64,000 bases of DNA from Candidatus Poseidoniaceae archaeon (GCA_949372645.1 CASIAP010000001.1:17802-81801), one strand, 5' to 3'. Counted from the stretch's first letter, positions 50,080 through 60,400 are shown. The notes: generated by a model from the sequence alone, not told the origin. Numbers and translations: made by a program.

Positions 50080-51855
50080 ATGGACCTACCTGAGCGCCTT
50101 GCGGCACAATTAGCTGGTGAGGAAGGCCCAACTCGCCAAAAAGCGGCTCGATTGGTTGTTGACTTGGCAGTTACTGCTGGGGCAGAAGGTTTTGTCAAGG
50201 TCGATCATGCCCACGTTTCCGGTGTTTCTGTAATCACTGGTGGACATGGCTTGCGTCGCTTTTTGTCGGACCTCTCCAGTTCAGGTGATGGCAAAGTAAC
50301 GATTCCTACTACCCTGAATTCCGCAGGTTGCGATAAAGAGAAAATGAAAGAGATGAATATTGATTGGCCTGATTTTCTCGAACAACAATTTGAAATTGTT
50401 GAAGCCTATTCGGATTTAGGGATTCAAGCCACCCTTTCTTGCACACCTTATGACCGAGGGGTCGATGACGAAAGTGGAATTGCTTCATGGGCAGAATCCA
50501 ATGCAGTCTGCTTTTCAAATACCTGGACTTCCTTAATCACCAATCGTGAATCAGGTCTCTCCGCATTAGCGACAGCACTCACCGGTTTCGCACCTCGATG
50601 GGGTCTTCACCTCGAGAAAAACCGTCAGCCAAATATTCATGTTCGTGTGGATTGTGAACTCGATACCCTTTCGGATTGGTCAGTGCTTGGTGATTGGATT
50701 GGAAAGCAAGTACTTCCTGGGTGGAATGTACCTTGGGGGCCAATGCCGTTCATTCAAGGCCTTCCTTCTCGAGCGAGCTTTGCTCGGAAAAAGGCACTTA
50801 CAGCAGCGGCAGCGAATTATGGCTCGCCAATGCTTTGGGCAGAAGGTCTCTCAGCTGACCCACCCTTAGCACGTGATGAAGATGGCCAATGGATTGCTCC
50901 AGTGGCTGGCTGGCAAGGTGAACTGGTGTTTACTGCTGCCGATTTACAGGCACGCTATGCCGACTTAGCGCCGACAGGACAAGTTGATCTTGTCGTGATT
51001 GGTTGTCCGCAAGCCAGTCTTGAGGAAATCCGAATCACCGCAGCAGCAGTCCGTTCCCATGCTGAAATGGGCGATAAAATACCTGACCAAAGGCTCTGGG
51101 TGTTCACAAGTGGTGAGAATTATGAATTAGCATTGGCAGATGGGAGTATCGAGTTACTTGAGAGTGCAGGTGCCGTGATTTTACAAGACACCTGTCCAGA
51201 AGTCACACCTTACAATCGGGCGCATTACAATCATTTGTTGACCAATTCACTCAAGGCTGAACATTATCTTACCAGCGGTTTGAATCGTCTCCCAACTAGT
51301 GTGATGCCTATCCTCGATTGTGTTGCCCACGCCTTTGACCCCGAGTTGTCGGCAGGACCTCGTCCACTTTTGAATTCGAAAGCACAACCTCAACACGCCA
51401 GTACTAAAACGCACCAATCAGAAAACATCGTTCTGACTGGAGCTCCTTTGCAGAGTCAAGATGACTATTGCATCACCGGACCTGCCATGGTTACTGATGT
51501 TCCCATCACCTACCTTGGATATGTCAACCGTGATACCGGTGTTATCGAGGAAACAGGCCACCCACTCGATGGTAGGACGATTGAAAATACCATTCTCATC
51601 TATCCAAAGGGTTCAGGTTCAACTGTAGCGCCTTTTGTTTTGATGGGATTATTGTATACGGGAAAGGGGCCAAGTGCCATTGTTAATCGTGATGTTTGTC
51701 CGCTGACTTTACCCGCTTGCTCGCTGTTAGGATTACCTTATGGTCATGGTTTCGATCAAGATCCTTGCATGACCATTAACGATGGAGACCTCATTGAACT
51801 CAAATCTGAAAGTGGCATTGTTACTCTTACTGTCTTGGAACGAGCAATGAGGTGA
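50080..51855 (+). CDS. Aconitase X, fused catalytic (DUF521) and swivelling (DUF126) domains; candidate phosphomevalonate dehydratase
   Basis: AHVSG, SCTPY, WAESNAV, TNRE, IGCPQAS, DTCP, TNSLK; C-terminal YLGYVNRDTG...HPLDG...KGSGST. Start ATG 50080. Confidence 0.85.
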   Translation: MDLPERLAAQLAGEEGPTRQKAARLVVDLAVTAGAEGFVKVDHAHVSGVSVITGGHGLRRFLSDLSSSGDGKVTIPTTLNSAGCDKEKMKEMNIDWPDFLEQQFEIVEAYSDLGIQATLSCTPYDRGVDDESGIASWAESNAVCFSNTWTSLITNRESGLSALATALTGFAPRWGLHLEKNRQPNIHVRVDCELDTLSDWSVLGDWIGKQVLPGWNVPWGPMPFIQGLPSRASFARKKALTAAAANYGSPMLWAEGLSADPPLARDEDGQWIAPVAGWQGELVFTAADLQARYADLAPTGQVDLVVIGCPQASLEEIRITAAAVRSHAEMGDKIPDQRLWVFTSGENYELALADGSIELLESAGAVILQDTCPEVTPYNRAHYNHLLTNSLKAEHYLTSGLNRLPTSVMPILDCVAHAFDPELSAGPRPLLNSKAQPQHASTKTHQSENIVLTGAPLQSQDDYCITGPAMVTDVPITYLGYVNRDTGVIEETGHPLDGRTIENTILIYPKGSGSTVAPFVLMGLLYTGKGPSAIVNRDVCPLTLPACSLLGLPYGHGFDQDPCMTINDGDLIELKSESGIVTLTVLERAMR

Positions 51856-51859
51856 TGAG

Positions 51860-52858
51860 ATGGCTGGACTGAAAATTCTTGTCACGGGTGGTGCAGGGTT
51901 TATTGGTTCCTCATTATGCGAACGCTTGATTGGTGAGGGGAATTCCGTTTTAGCCTATGATTCTCTCTTTCGGGGCAGTGAGTCGAATCTTTTTACTCTT
52001 CAGGGACATCCTAATTTTCAATTCATGCAGGGTGATGTCCGGGATGTCGACCGTTTAGATGAGGCGATTGAACACTTGGGTGGAGTCGAAGTCATCTATC
52101 ATCTTGCTGCAGTGAATGGAACAAAGTGGTTTCACGAAGCCGCCCATTCAGTTATCGATGTCAATATCAATGGAACCCTTCGAACATTAGAGTTAGCGAT
52201 GGCGCATGATGCGCGATATGTGCTCGCATCATCGCCGGAAGCCTTCGGAGAGGCTTTGCGACAACCGATTCAAAACGGTAATGAAATGACATTTACCGAC
52301 CCTTCTCTTCACCAACGCCATTCCTATGGCGCCAGTAAATACCTCGATGAGGTGGCGTGCCAACATGCAGCCCGTGACGGGTTGGACGTTCGAGTAGTGC
52401 GCCCTTTCAATGTCTATGGGCCTCGTCTTCTTGGTGATGAATATGGCCAAGTCGTTGCGATATTTTTCCAAGCAATCCTTTCCAATGGCACTGTTCAGTT
52501 GCATAACGGTGGTAATCAAACCCGCTCTTTTACGTGGATAGATGATGCGGTTGAGGGCTTCATCCTCGCAGGGCTTCAAGAAAACAGTCTCAACGGAGCG
52601 TCCCTTTCTGGTTGCGCTTTAAACATTGGAGCAACCGAAGAAATTACGATTCGTGATTTACAAGAAACTATTTTTTCGATGGTTTCTAACGATGCTTCAT
52701 GGAAGAATGAATTGCCAGAAGTCGAGATTGTTGAGGGATATCATGGAGATGCAATCCGCCGCCTACCGGATTGCAGCCAGGCGGAAGCATTCGTTGGATG
52801 GAAACCGAAAGTCTCTTTGGAACAAGGCCTACTGCAAATGTGGTCGACCTTACGCTGA
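51860..52858 (+). CDS. NAD-dependent nucleotide-sugar epimerase/dehydratase (UDP-glucuronate decarboxylase-like)
   Basis: VTGGAGFIGS, YHLAA, YGASK, RPFNVYGPR, TRSF. SD GAGGTGA upstream. Confidence 0.88.
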   Translation: MAGLKILVTGGAGFIGSSLCERLIGEGNSVLAYDSLFRGSESNLFTLQGHPNFQFMQGDVRDVDRLDEAIEHLGGVEVIYHLAAVNGTKWFHEAAHSVIDVNINGTLRTLELAMAHDARYVLASSPEAFGEALRQPIQNGNEMTFTDPSLHQRHSYGASKYLDEVACQHAARDGLDVRVVRPFNVYGPRLLGDEYGQVVAIFFQAILSNGTVQLHNGGNQTRSFTWIDDAVEGFILAGLQENSLNGASLSGCALNIGATEEITIRDLQETIFSMVSNDASWKNELPEVEIVEGYHGDAIRRLPDCSQAEAFVGWKPKVSLEQGLLQMWSTLR

Positions 52859-52861
52859 ATT

Positions 52862-53671
52862 CTATTTGGAACTGTAGTGCTTGAGGACCTTTTTACCCCA
52901 TGAATCGGGTGCAGGTGTGAGCCGGTCATGGCCATGCTGACACAAGACATCCAGTCCTTCTGCCGGCAATGCCTCTTCTGTTGTCCATAGTCCTGTGACT
53001 CGTAATACTGCCAGGCGAGCAACAGCGTCAGGAAGTGACCTGTCCTCGAGATACTCAACCTCCAAGGCGGCCACTGCTTCGTTGATGAGCAACGGGTCAA
53101 GGTGGTTAGGGGTAAATCCAGCGAGATTCCATTCACTTTCTCCTTCTGGAACCGGGCGAGCAGTTTCATCGATTGCCTCAACAGTGGAATGAGAACTTGG
53201 CATCAAGTGAAGGATGGCTTTTTTGGTTGAGCGAAGGTTGTGAAGCGTGTCTCTGTACCGTCCTTCACGGTTACAACTGAATGAGGCAATCAACAGAGGA
53301 GGTCCTGTTGAAACGGCCATGACCGAAGTATACGGTGCGAGATTTTTGTTTCCATGTTCATCTTGAGTCGAAGCGATGACCAATGGGCGTGGAGACAAGA
53401 GGCCTGATAACCAACCAGCTCGATGAGCATGTTCAAGTTCGTTGACGTCGATTCGTTGAGCACCTTCCATAGTTTTGGTTGGGAGTGGGGTGAACCAGTT
53501 GTCCAAAGTTCCATTCTTTATCTCTTCAATAGCATGAGTATTGAATTGAATATAGGATTTCCAAGACTCAGTCTGTTTTTCATCCCCCCGCTCAGTTTTC
53601 CGAGTGATCGAATCCTCTGCATAGCTGTTGCAGCGCTTTAGATAATCCAGAACAATTCCTTTTCGGTCCAT
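52862..53671 (-). CDS. Flavin reductase-like (FMN-binding split barrel) protein with an extra N-terminal domain
   Basis: SPRPLVIAST, NLAPYTS, DTLHNL motifs. Strong SD GAGGTGAGG before ATG 53671. Confidence 0.8.
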   Translation of the reverse strand: MDRKGIVLDYLKRCNSYAEDSITRKTERGDEKQTESWKSYIQFNTHAIEEIKNGTLDNWFTPLPTKTMEGAQRIDVNELEHAHRAGWLSGLLSPRPLVIASTQDEHGNKNLAPYTSVMAVSTGPPLLIASFSCNREGRYRDTLHNLRSTKKAILHLMPSSHSTVEAIDETARPVPEGESEWNLAGFTPNHLDPLLINEAVAALEVEYLEDRSLPDAVARLAVLRVTGLWTTEEALPAEGLDVLCQHGHDRLTPAPDSWGKKVLKHYSSK

Positions 53672-53675
53672 ATCC

Positions 53676-54188
53676 TCACCTCGCATCATTGCTTGCTGAT
53701 TCTCTTTTGAGTTGGAGTTGCTTTTCATCGTATGTATTCCGCATCATCAAAAAAACAGCAGGGTTTCCCACCCACACTTCATTGTCGGGAATGTTACGTG
53801 TGAGAGTTGAGCCAGCACCGAGAACCGCATTCTGGCCAACTGAGCATCCAGCAATGACCGTTGCTCCCCCGCCAATCACGGCATCGCTCTGGATGTGAAC
53901 AGGTTGCCATTGCAGTGGGTTTCCAGAAGGTGGATATTTGTCATTCAGTAGTGTGGCGTTTGGGCCAAGGAATACTCGGTCACCCAATACACATGCATCT
54001 GCAACGTATGCCCCGCCTTGAATGCGGCAATTATCACCAAGGATCACTTTGCGACCAATATGAACCAATGCACCAATGGAACAATTCTCTCCAATACTGG
54101 TGTCTTTGCCAATGTGGCAAGGTGGCCATGCAACACTCCCTCTTTCGAGTTCAAGCCGTTGGCCGCTGACGGCTCTATCCTCGTTCAT
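53676..54188 (-). CDS. Hexapeptide-repeat (left-handed beta-helix) sugar N-acyltransferase, WbpD/WxcM-like
   Basis: IG.....IG hexapeptide repeats, FLGPNATLLNDKYP, VWVGNPA. Confidence 0.85.
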   Translation of the reverse strand: MNEDRAVSGQRLELERGSVAWPPCHIGKDTSIGENCSIGALVHIGRKVILGDNCRIQGGAYVADACVLGDRVFLGPNATLLNDKYPPSGNPLQWQPVHIQSDAVIGGGATVIAGCSVGQNAVLGAGSTLTRNIPDNEVWVGNPAVFLMMRNTYDEKQLQLKRESASNDAR

Positions 54189-54196
54189 TCAATCCC

Positions 54197-54682
54197 TCAT
54201 TCAGTTAAACCGAGTTCACGAAGGAGCATTCCAACGTGTCCTTTGGCTTTGACATTGTAGCGGAGCCAAGAAAAAGTGCCATCCGGAGCAATGACAAAAG
54301 TCGAGCGCGAACAACCCATGTATTCTCGGCCGTAATTCTTCTTGAGTCGCCACGTACCATATGCCTCATGCAGTTCACCCTCTGTGTCCATTAAAAGAGG
54401 AAAATTGAGTTCCTTTTTGGTGATGAATTTCCCATGAGACTTTTCAGAGTCCTTCGATACTCCCAGGACGATATATCCTTCTTGAGTTAATCGAGCCATA
54501 TTGTCTCGGAAGTCACATGCCTGGGTGGTACACCCTGGTGTCGAGTCACGTGGATAAAAATACAGAATCACTGTTTTTCCAGCTTTTGAATATGCTGCTA
54601 AGTCGTGATCTATACCATCGGAATCTTTACAATCAAACGGTGGAGCTTCTTGGCCAATTTCGTGCGTTGTTGTCTCGCTCAT
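54197..54682 (-). CDS. bcp: Thioredoxin-dependent peroxiredoxin Bcp
   Basis: LYFYPRDSTPGCTTQACDFRD and RSTFVI. Start ATG 54682. Confidence 0.93.
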   Translation of the reverse strand: MSETTTHEIGQEAPPFDCKDSDGIDHDLAAYSKAGKTVILYFYPRDSTPGCTTQACDFRDNMARLTQEGYIVLGVSKDSEKSHGKFITKKELNFPLLMDTEGELHEAYGTWRLKKNYGREYMGCSRSTFVIAPDGTFSWLRYNVKAKGHVGMLLRELGLTE

Positions 54683-54882
54683 ACCTTTGGCACCCGTTCG
54701 AAGGTCATGAAGCATTGCATTCACCCATATTTTTCGAATTCCGGGCGTTTACAGCGTGTTTCGGACTCTCCTTCACTCTTCAATGAGTCGTTTATGCAGA
54801 GTGGGTTGTCAAACTATCAAAACGGGTGAATCGCTGCTTGACGACCGATTCTTTCAATAACCGGGGGGTGCTAAGTGGGGCT

Positions 54883-55314
54883 ATGGTGGCGCCGCGTATG
54901 TCTCGAAGATGTCGACGCTACTCGAAGCAGATTCTGCGTGCAAATACCAAGGTCGATCTGCAAACAATAGCCAGTGTCATCCAAACAGATATGGATAAGC
55001 GCAATCTCTCCTATGACGAGGCGCTAACGCTTGGCAACATTATCCAAAGCCGAGCCGATCAGTTGCCTGGCGATGCTATCGTTTACGCAATATCGGATCG
55101 TGATGCGTATCGACGAACATTAGAATTATACTTACGAGACGCACTCCTAACTCGAACTGAACAGATGCTTCTTTGGGAAGAACGCCGCCGCCTTGGGATC
55201 TCTGAAACGGAACATGAACGTTTGCTCGAACAACTTCTCCTTCAATGGCGAAGTCAAGGTAAGAAGGTCACAATCGCTCGTTTCGACACACCCGGGGGTG
55301 GCGCATCTGCTTAA
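54883..55314 (+). CDS. Uncharacterised small helical protein, first gene of the archaellum-linked operon
   Basis: Good ORF with a TerB-like helical pattern (LLTRTEQMLL..ERRRLGISETEH). TTCAAT at -30 from ATG 54883. Confidence 0.7.
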   Translation: MVAPRMSRRCRRYSKQILRANTKVDLQTIASVIQTDMDKRNLSYDEALTLGNIIQSRADQLPGDAIVYAISDRDAYRRTLELYLRDALLTRTEQMLLWEERRRLGISETEHERLLEQLLLQWRSQGKKVTIARFDTPGGGASA

Positions 55315-58300
55315 CATTAAAATCAACCAGTCAGCCTTAGCAACTCTTCTCGTGTTACTGTTCATCATCCCTTCACTCTCACCAATCGTCGACGCGAGCG
55401 ATGCTGAGGAGCCAAGTACAGCAGGGCGCAGTTCATTACTCGATTTCACTTTCGGAGCAGCTTTGCAACTTGGCGGCTCAGGATCTGCGATCAATAACTC
55501 GATGATGTATCTCGAACCTGGTACGCATACTATCACAGTCAATACGACTGCTGAAGGCAACGGTCAAGATCGATTTTGGCTCCAACTCCAACACAAAGGA
55601 TCACCACTACTCGGGTTTTCCGACGTAGGCTCTCCGATTATGATGGGCACAATAACTGGCAATGGAGGAAAACAATACCTCCCTCTCACCTCTTTCACAT
55701 GGGAGGCTACACCAGGAGCGGGGCAGGAATTGCAGGTTAAAATCCGATCTGACCTCGAAGCCGGCAATGAACTTTTAAATAATATCCAACCTCTTGGCAT
55801 CCCTTTTTCAGTGGAAAACCTGCACTTTGGCTCAGTAGTCCAAGATGACATCGAGGAACCTAAATCTCACCCGAACGGTTTTACCGGCATCATGTTGCCG
55901 AATGCAATTACGAATCTCACGGCTACAGTCTCAAATGATGGCGTTAAATCGATTTCTGCACAAATGGTCGTTACGATCACTCAGCTTTTCCCAGTCCCCC
56001 CGACTCCTGTGACGCTCACGCTGTTTTCAAACTCGAAGAGTCTCGAACCGGGTGCATATCCTACCACACCTCTCTCGGTCCAAGAGTCGGGCGTGCTCTA
56101 TGTCGAGCTTGATTCTACGAGTTTTGCCGGGGGTAGTGTTTGGGAATTTAAGGCAGAAGTTAACTACCTTGGAACTGCATGGAATTGGACAGAAACTGTT
56201 GAGTCTACCTTTGTTAAATTTTCCGATTATAACGCTGAGGTGCTTGAACCCTCGGTCTTGGTTGGCGAACCCGGGGAAACAGTTGTGATGACATTCATAC
56301 TCAAAAACACCGGGACAAAAGCAGATGGCTTTGATACCGATCTTTCTCAACAATTGAACTGGACGATGGCCGACACAGGCGTGTCCTCTGTAGTCCCACC
56401 GGCTAATACTGCGAGTTCTGTCGTACTTGTGCATGTGACTATAGTAATTCCCGCAAATGCTTCGCGAGGCGATTCAAACAAAATTACACTCAACTTCACC
56501 TCCACTTATGGTACTTTGAATGGGACGAATTACGTGATTAATGCAATAGGTAGAGTCATGGTTGGTGATTTCTTCAACGGTTCTGTAGCTATTACGAAAC
56601 CATCGAACCCAAAAACCATTGCTCCTGGCGGTTCACAATATTTCACGGCCACAATTAGTAATACGGGCAGCGTAGCTACTGCATTCACCCTCTCAGCAGG
56701 TCTTTCAGTAAATGCATTGAACTGGACCGTTGAACTCTCAAATCCGACAACAGCGTATATCTTACCCGGTGGCACTAATATCGTCCAAATCACAGTATCA
56801 GCGCCTCCAATACAGAGTCCGATGGTTATCGGCTCGCATACTATGGCCTTCGAATCGCTCAATGTTTGGATTCAATCTCAACCGATTGGAGGAGGCATAC
56901 CCGTCACCGATCAGGTGCCCCTTTCAGTCAAACCAATCATCACAGTCGATCCGGGGTTGAATGCTGAGCCTTACGTGATATCCGCTGAAGAACTTTATGC
57001 AATGAAGTCTGGAACACAGTTTAATCATATAGCGGAATTAAACCTTCGCGTCTTTAACAATCTCCCTCAAATTCTAACGGCTAACGATATTGGAAATGTC
57101 ACGGCCATCATTACACTGAACACGAATTTCACCGCCAGTAACGGTGGTGGTTTCGCAGAAGCAGACCGATGGAATGTAAGTATTGTGAACCCCGTCTACC
57201 GAAGCGACAAGCCGGAGTTTAGTGACGATGCAGAGATCATTATCTTCGGTCCTCCTATGAATGAATTCCCTCTTGCTGGAACTCTTTCGATTGAAGTAAC
57301 CATTACTTCGACACTTAGCACCGTTCTTCGAAATGCTGGTGTTGAAGCGCCCTCGATTACCCAGATCTATACCATTATCATCCCACCAATCGTCGAAGGC
57401 TCTTTCACCCAGTCAACCATTGACGCTGGACCCTATGATGTCGCAGTTGGTGCAGCAAACAGCTTTGGTATGCGTTTCGAAAATACCGGGAACGATGCGG
57501 CTTCTTATCGTTTACGAGTTATCGAAAACCTCCTCCCTCAAAACTGGTCAGCAAACTTTAGTGAAGCTGATACATTCATCGAAAACCTCACTTCAGACTT
57601 GGCCGATGGAAATATGGATTCAGTCCTCCCAGAAGGCACCCCAGGCAAGAGTTACACGCATACACGAGTTGTGATGTTTAACATCCAAACCGATCCTCTG
57701 GCACCCTCCAATTCGATTCAACCTATCACCGTTCGAATTGAAGATCCAATTACTGGGCAAATCATCGGTGATGAATTTGTATTCAATGTGATTGTCGGCC
57801 AAATCTATAACGCCACACTTTCTCCAACGAATCAAACATTTACCATGACCGAGGTGCAGCAAAACTTTGCCACCGTGTTTATTCGTAACACTGGTAATGC
57901 TCCGACTGACTTTTCGATTAGCCTGGATACAACAGATGCCGGCAACATTAATTTCGAAATTGTGAAGCCACTCAATAAGCGATTATACATCGCAGCAGGA
58001 TTCGAAGAAGAGATTCGTATCAAAATGACTGCAAATGCTGGTGCAAATGCCAATGACTTTTACATGTCGACAATCCGAGTAACTGACGATCTTGGCGAAA
58101 TAGATATATCCGCTAATATCGTTGCAAATATATCTACTCAATCGAATTATACCATTTCGGCTCCAGAACAAATCTCAGTCACACCAGGGATGCAAGAGAA
58201 AGTCGACTACACCGTCACGAACATCGGTAATGCTCTTGGGCAAGTACAGGTCAAATACGAAGTTGAAAACATGACTCTTTCAGTGGATTCAGTATATCAC

Positions 58301-60400
58301 TCGATTCAAATGGGTCAAAACATATCGGATCAAGTGATTATCTCTGTTCCAAGTCTTGGTGGAGAGCAATCATTGATTCAAGGGGATGTGTTTGACCTCA
58401 CCATCACCGTTCATAATGCCTCCAATCCTGCGATCGAATATTCGAAGAAAATCGTGAGATTATTGGTCCAACCACTTTTCTTAGTTGAATCGTATGATTG
58501 GCCTTCCGTCATGGAATTCAAGCCGAGGTCCGATCGCCAATGGGAAGTGACCTTTACGAATACTGGGAACCAAGATGTAACAGTGAATCTATTGTATGCA
58601 ATTACCCGTCCAGGTCTTAGTAACTTGTCGTTGGACTGGGGAATGAATGCTGGGGCAGCTACACAAATTGTCTTGCCTCGTAATACTCCAGTTGTTCACA
58701 CCTTCGGAGTAATGGGGAATGTTCTCGAGCCTCTCTTGACGACAACCGCTGACCTCACTTTGTATCTTGTTCCAGTTAATACTTCGATCGAAGGGAGTGG
58801 CGAATTCACCACGCAATTGGTAATGTCGAGATTGTTCTCTCCATTTGATATCGATCTTAAGCCCAAACTGGACGATGGCCCAGTTGATATCGACCTCAGC
58901 TACACTCACATACCAATTACTAACGGTTCTAAAGCCACCTATTCACTTGAATTGTGCAAATCTGTACGCCTGAGGGACATCTCAGCTCTTGGACAGAACC
59001 CAATCAATTACTCTTGGAATTTCACTCTTGTCCAAGAAAGAACTGATGCCCCAGCTATCGAGACCCGTCTGAATTTAGAGCAGGAATGTGGTAGTACTTC
59101 GTTTGGTCCGACCTCAAGGTATGTATTCCCCGAAGTTGAACCTTGGAATCCTTCAACCTTTACTATCATCGCCGATATACCGAATCGCGGTAGTATACTT
59201 CCCGGTGATGGATGGGACTTAACGTTCCGTCTGTATCACCTAGATGAGCATTCGAATTATACTCAATACTCAGAAGAGACCTTCACTATTCTCTTGGCAG
59301 TATTTGCCGACCCAGCGATTAACGAGGTCACATCCTCCAATTCCTTTGAAGAGGGAATTGAAAGTGTCATTGATGTTGTTGTTCAAAATATAGGTTCTGC
59401 TAAAGCACTCGACGTAGTAGTTTCTCTGCACTGTGATGGATTGATTGTATCTACCAAAGACGGTGAATCTCCCAATTTGATAACCGGCAGTGTTACTGGC
59501 GGTATTGAAAAAGTCATGATCAAAGAATTTGCTCCTGGTGCCACTCAGACATTACAATGGATTGTCACATCGGAATCGATTGATTGGTGGTCTCAGAGCA
59601 AAGATGCCTCGTGCACTGCAAAGCTCAACGCCTCTTACATGGATGGTAACAACATTGACAATGATGAATTCGTGCTTGAATCGGAAGTGGCTTCTTGGTC
59701 ACCAGGTGTTCAAAATAGTTTCATTGCATGTGTCATCAGCCTACTAGTATCGTTCATCTTATTCCGCCTAACTGCACAAAATGATAATTTCCGTCTCCTT
59801 GGAATTTATGCAGGAGTTATTGGTCTTGGATTCTCTTTCCATATCTTTGCAGAAGCATGGTGGGGCTTTGTGATTCTAGCCCTTTCGGCGATTTGGATTT
59901 GGAGAGTAACTTGGGGGAGTACTGAAGAATTCAGATTACTCCATGAAGATTACCAACGTGCACGAAAAGGTGTATCGACTTTGTATGCCGATCACTTTGA
60001 GGAACTTTCGAACACTCGTCGCCAATTGAGTGTGATCTTAGCTGTGCCAGTTCTTGGTATGCTCGCCATTATTCTGGGAGTAAACCCGAACCAACCAAGA
60101 ATTCCAGTTGACCAAACCAATATCATTAGCCTAGTTGCTTATGTTGGAGTGATAATTCTTGGAGTTTGGGTTCTTATTAAGCGCGCTGATACGATGTATG
60201 GTTCATTGTATGGCCGACTTACTGATATTGAAGTGAAGTCGGTTCGGCTCGAGAGAGATCTCGGCGACCCTGCCCGTTTGTTCAACGAACTCGCAGCTGA
60301 TGGTTTGAACCTCGACGAAATTTTCGGAGATGCGGACCCTTCACGCCCTCTCACTACCGATGCAACTTCTTCGAACGAGGAGGTGAATGACGATGCCTGA
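55298..60400 (+). CDS. ~1700-aa surface protein with repeated Ig-like (CARDB/NEW3-type) domains and a C-terminal ~5-6 TM domain
   Basis: Signal/TM at the N-terminus; repeated xNTGN motifs; polytopic C-terminus. Start uncertain (GTG 55298 or nearby). Confidence 0.82.
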   Translation: MAHLLNIKINQSALATLLVLLFIIPSLSPIVDASDAEEPSTAGRSSLLDFTFGAALQLGGSGSAINNSMMYLEPGTHTITVNTTAEGNGQDRFWLQLQHKGSPLLGFSDVGSPIMMGTITGNGGKQYLPLTSFTWEATPGAGQELQVKIRSDLEAGNELLNNIQPLGIPFSVENLHFGSVVQDDIEEPKSHPNGFTGIMLPNAITNLTATVSNDGVKSISAQMVVTITQLFPVPPTPVTLTLFSNSKSLEPGAYPTTPLSVQESGVLYVELDSTSFAGGSVWEFKAEVNYLGTAWNWTETVESTFVKFSDYNAEVLEPSVLVGEPGETVVMTFILKNTGTKADGFDTDLSQQLNWTMADTGVSSVVPPANTASSVVLVHVTIVIPANASRGDSNKITLNFTSTYGTLNGTNYVINAIGRVMVGDFFNGSVAITKPSNPKTIAPGGSQYFTATISNTGSVATAFTLSAGLSVNALNWTVELSNPTTAYILPGGTNIVQITVSAPPIQSPMVIGSHTMAFESLNVWIQSQPIGGGIPVTDQVPLSVKPIITVDPGLNAEPYVISAEELYAMKSGTQFNHIAELNLRVFNNLPQILTANDIGNVTAIITLNTNFTASNGGGFAEADRWNVSIVNPVYRSDKPEFSDDAEIIIFGPPMNEFPLAGTLSIEVTITSTLSTVLRNAGVEAPSITQIYTIIIPPIVEGSFTQSTIDAGPYDVAVGAANSFGMRFENTGNDAASYRLRVIENLLPQNWSANFSEADTFIENLTSDLADGNMDSVLPEGTPGKSYTHTRVVMFNIQTDPLAPSNSIQPITVRIEDPITGQIIGDEFVFNVIVGQIYNATLSPTNQTFTMTEVQQNFATVFIRNTGNAPTDFSISLDTTDAGNINFEIVKPLNKRLYIAAGFEEEIRIKMTANAGANANDFYMSTIRVTDDLGEIDISANIVANISTQSNYTISAPEQISVTPGMQEKVDYTVTNIGNALGQVQVKYEVENMTLSVDSVYHSIQMGQNISDQVIISVPSLGGEQSLIQGDVFDLTITVHNASNPAIEYSKKIVRLLVQPLFLVESYDWPSVMEFKPRSDRQWEVTFTNTGNQDVTVNLLYAITRPGLSNLSLDWGMNAGAATQIVLPRNTPVVHTFGVMGNVLEPLLTTTADLTLYLVPVNTSIEGSGEFTTQLVMSRLFSPFDIDLKPKLDDGPVDIDLSYTHIPITNGSKATYSLELCKSVRLRDISALGQNPINYSWNFTLVQERTDAPAIETRLNLEQECGSTSFGPTSRYVFPEVEPWNPSTFTIIADIPNRGSILPGDGWDLTFRLYHLDEHSNYTQYSEETFTILLAVFADPAINEVTSSNSFEEGIESVIDVVVQNIGSAKALDVVVSLHCDGLIVSTKDGESPNLITGSVTGGIEKVMIKEFAPGATQTLQWIVTSESIDWWSQSKDASCTAKLNASYMDGNNIDNDEFVLESEVASWSPGVQNSFIACVISLLVSFILFRLTAQNDNFRLLGIYAGVIGLGFSFHIFAEAWWGFVILALSAIWIWRVTWGSTEEFRLLHEDYQRARKGVSTLYADHFEELSNTRRQLSVILAVPVLGMLAIILGVNPNQPRIPVDQTNIISLVAYVGVIILGVWVLIKRADTMYGSLYGRLTDIEVKSVRLERDLGDPARLFNELAADGLNLDEIFGDADPSRPLTTDATSSNEEVNDDA

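Noticed and set aside
54725-54850. Possible ncRNA or tRNA in the bcp divergent intergenic region
   Set aside because: Only short 5-6 bp complementarities (GACTC/GAGTC, CACTCT/AGAGTG); no cloverleaf or recognisable RNA motif.
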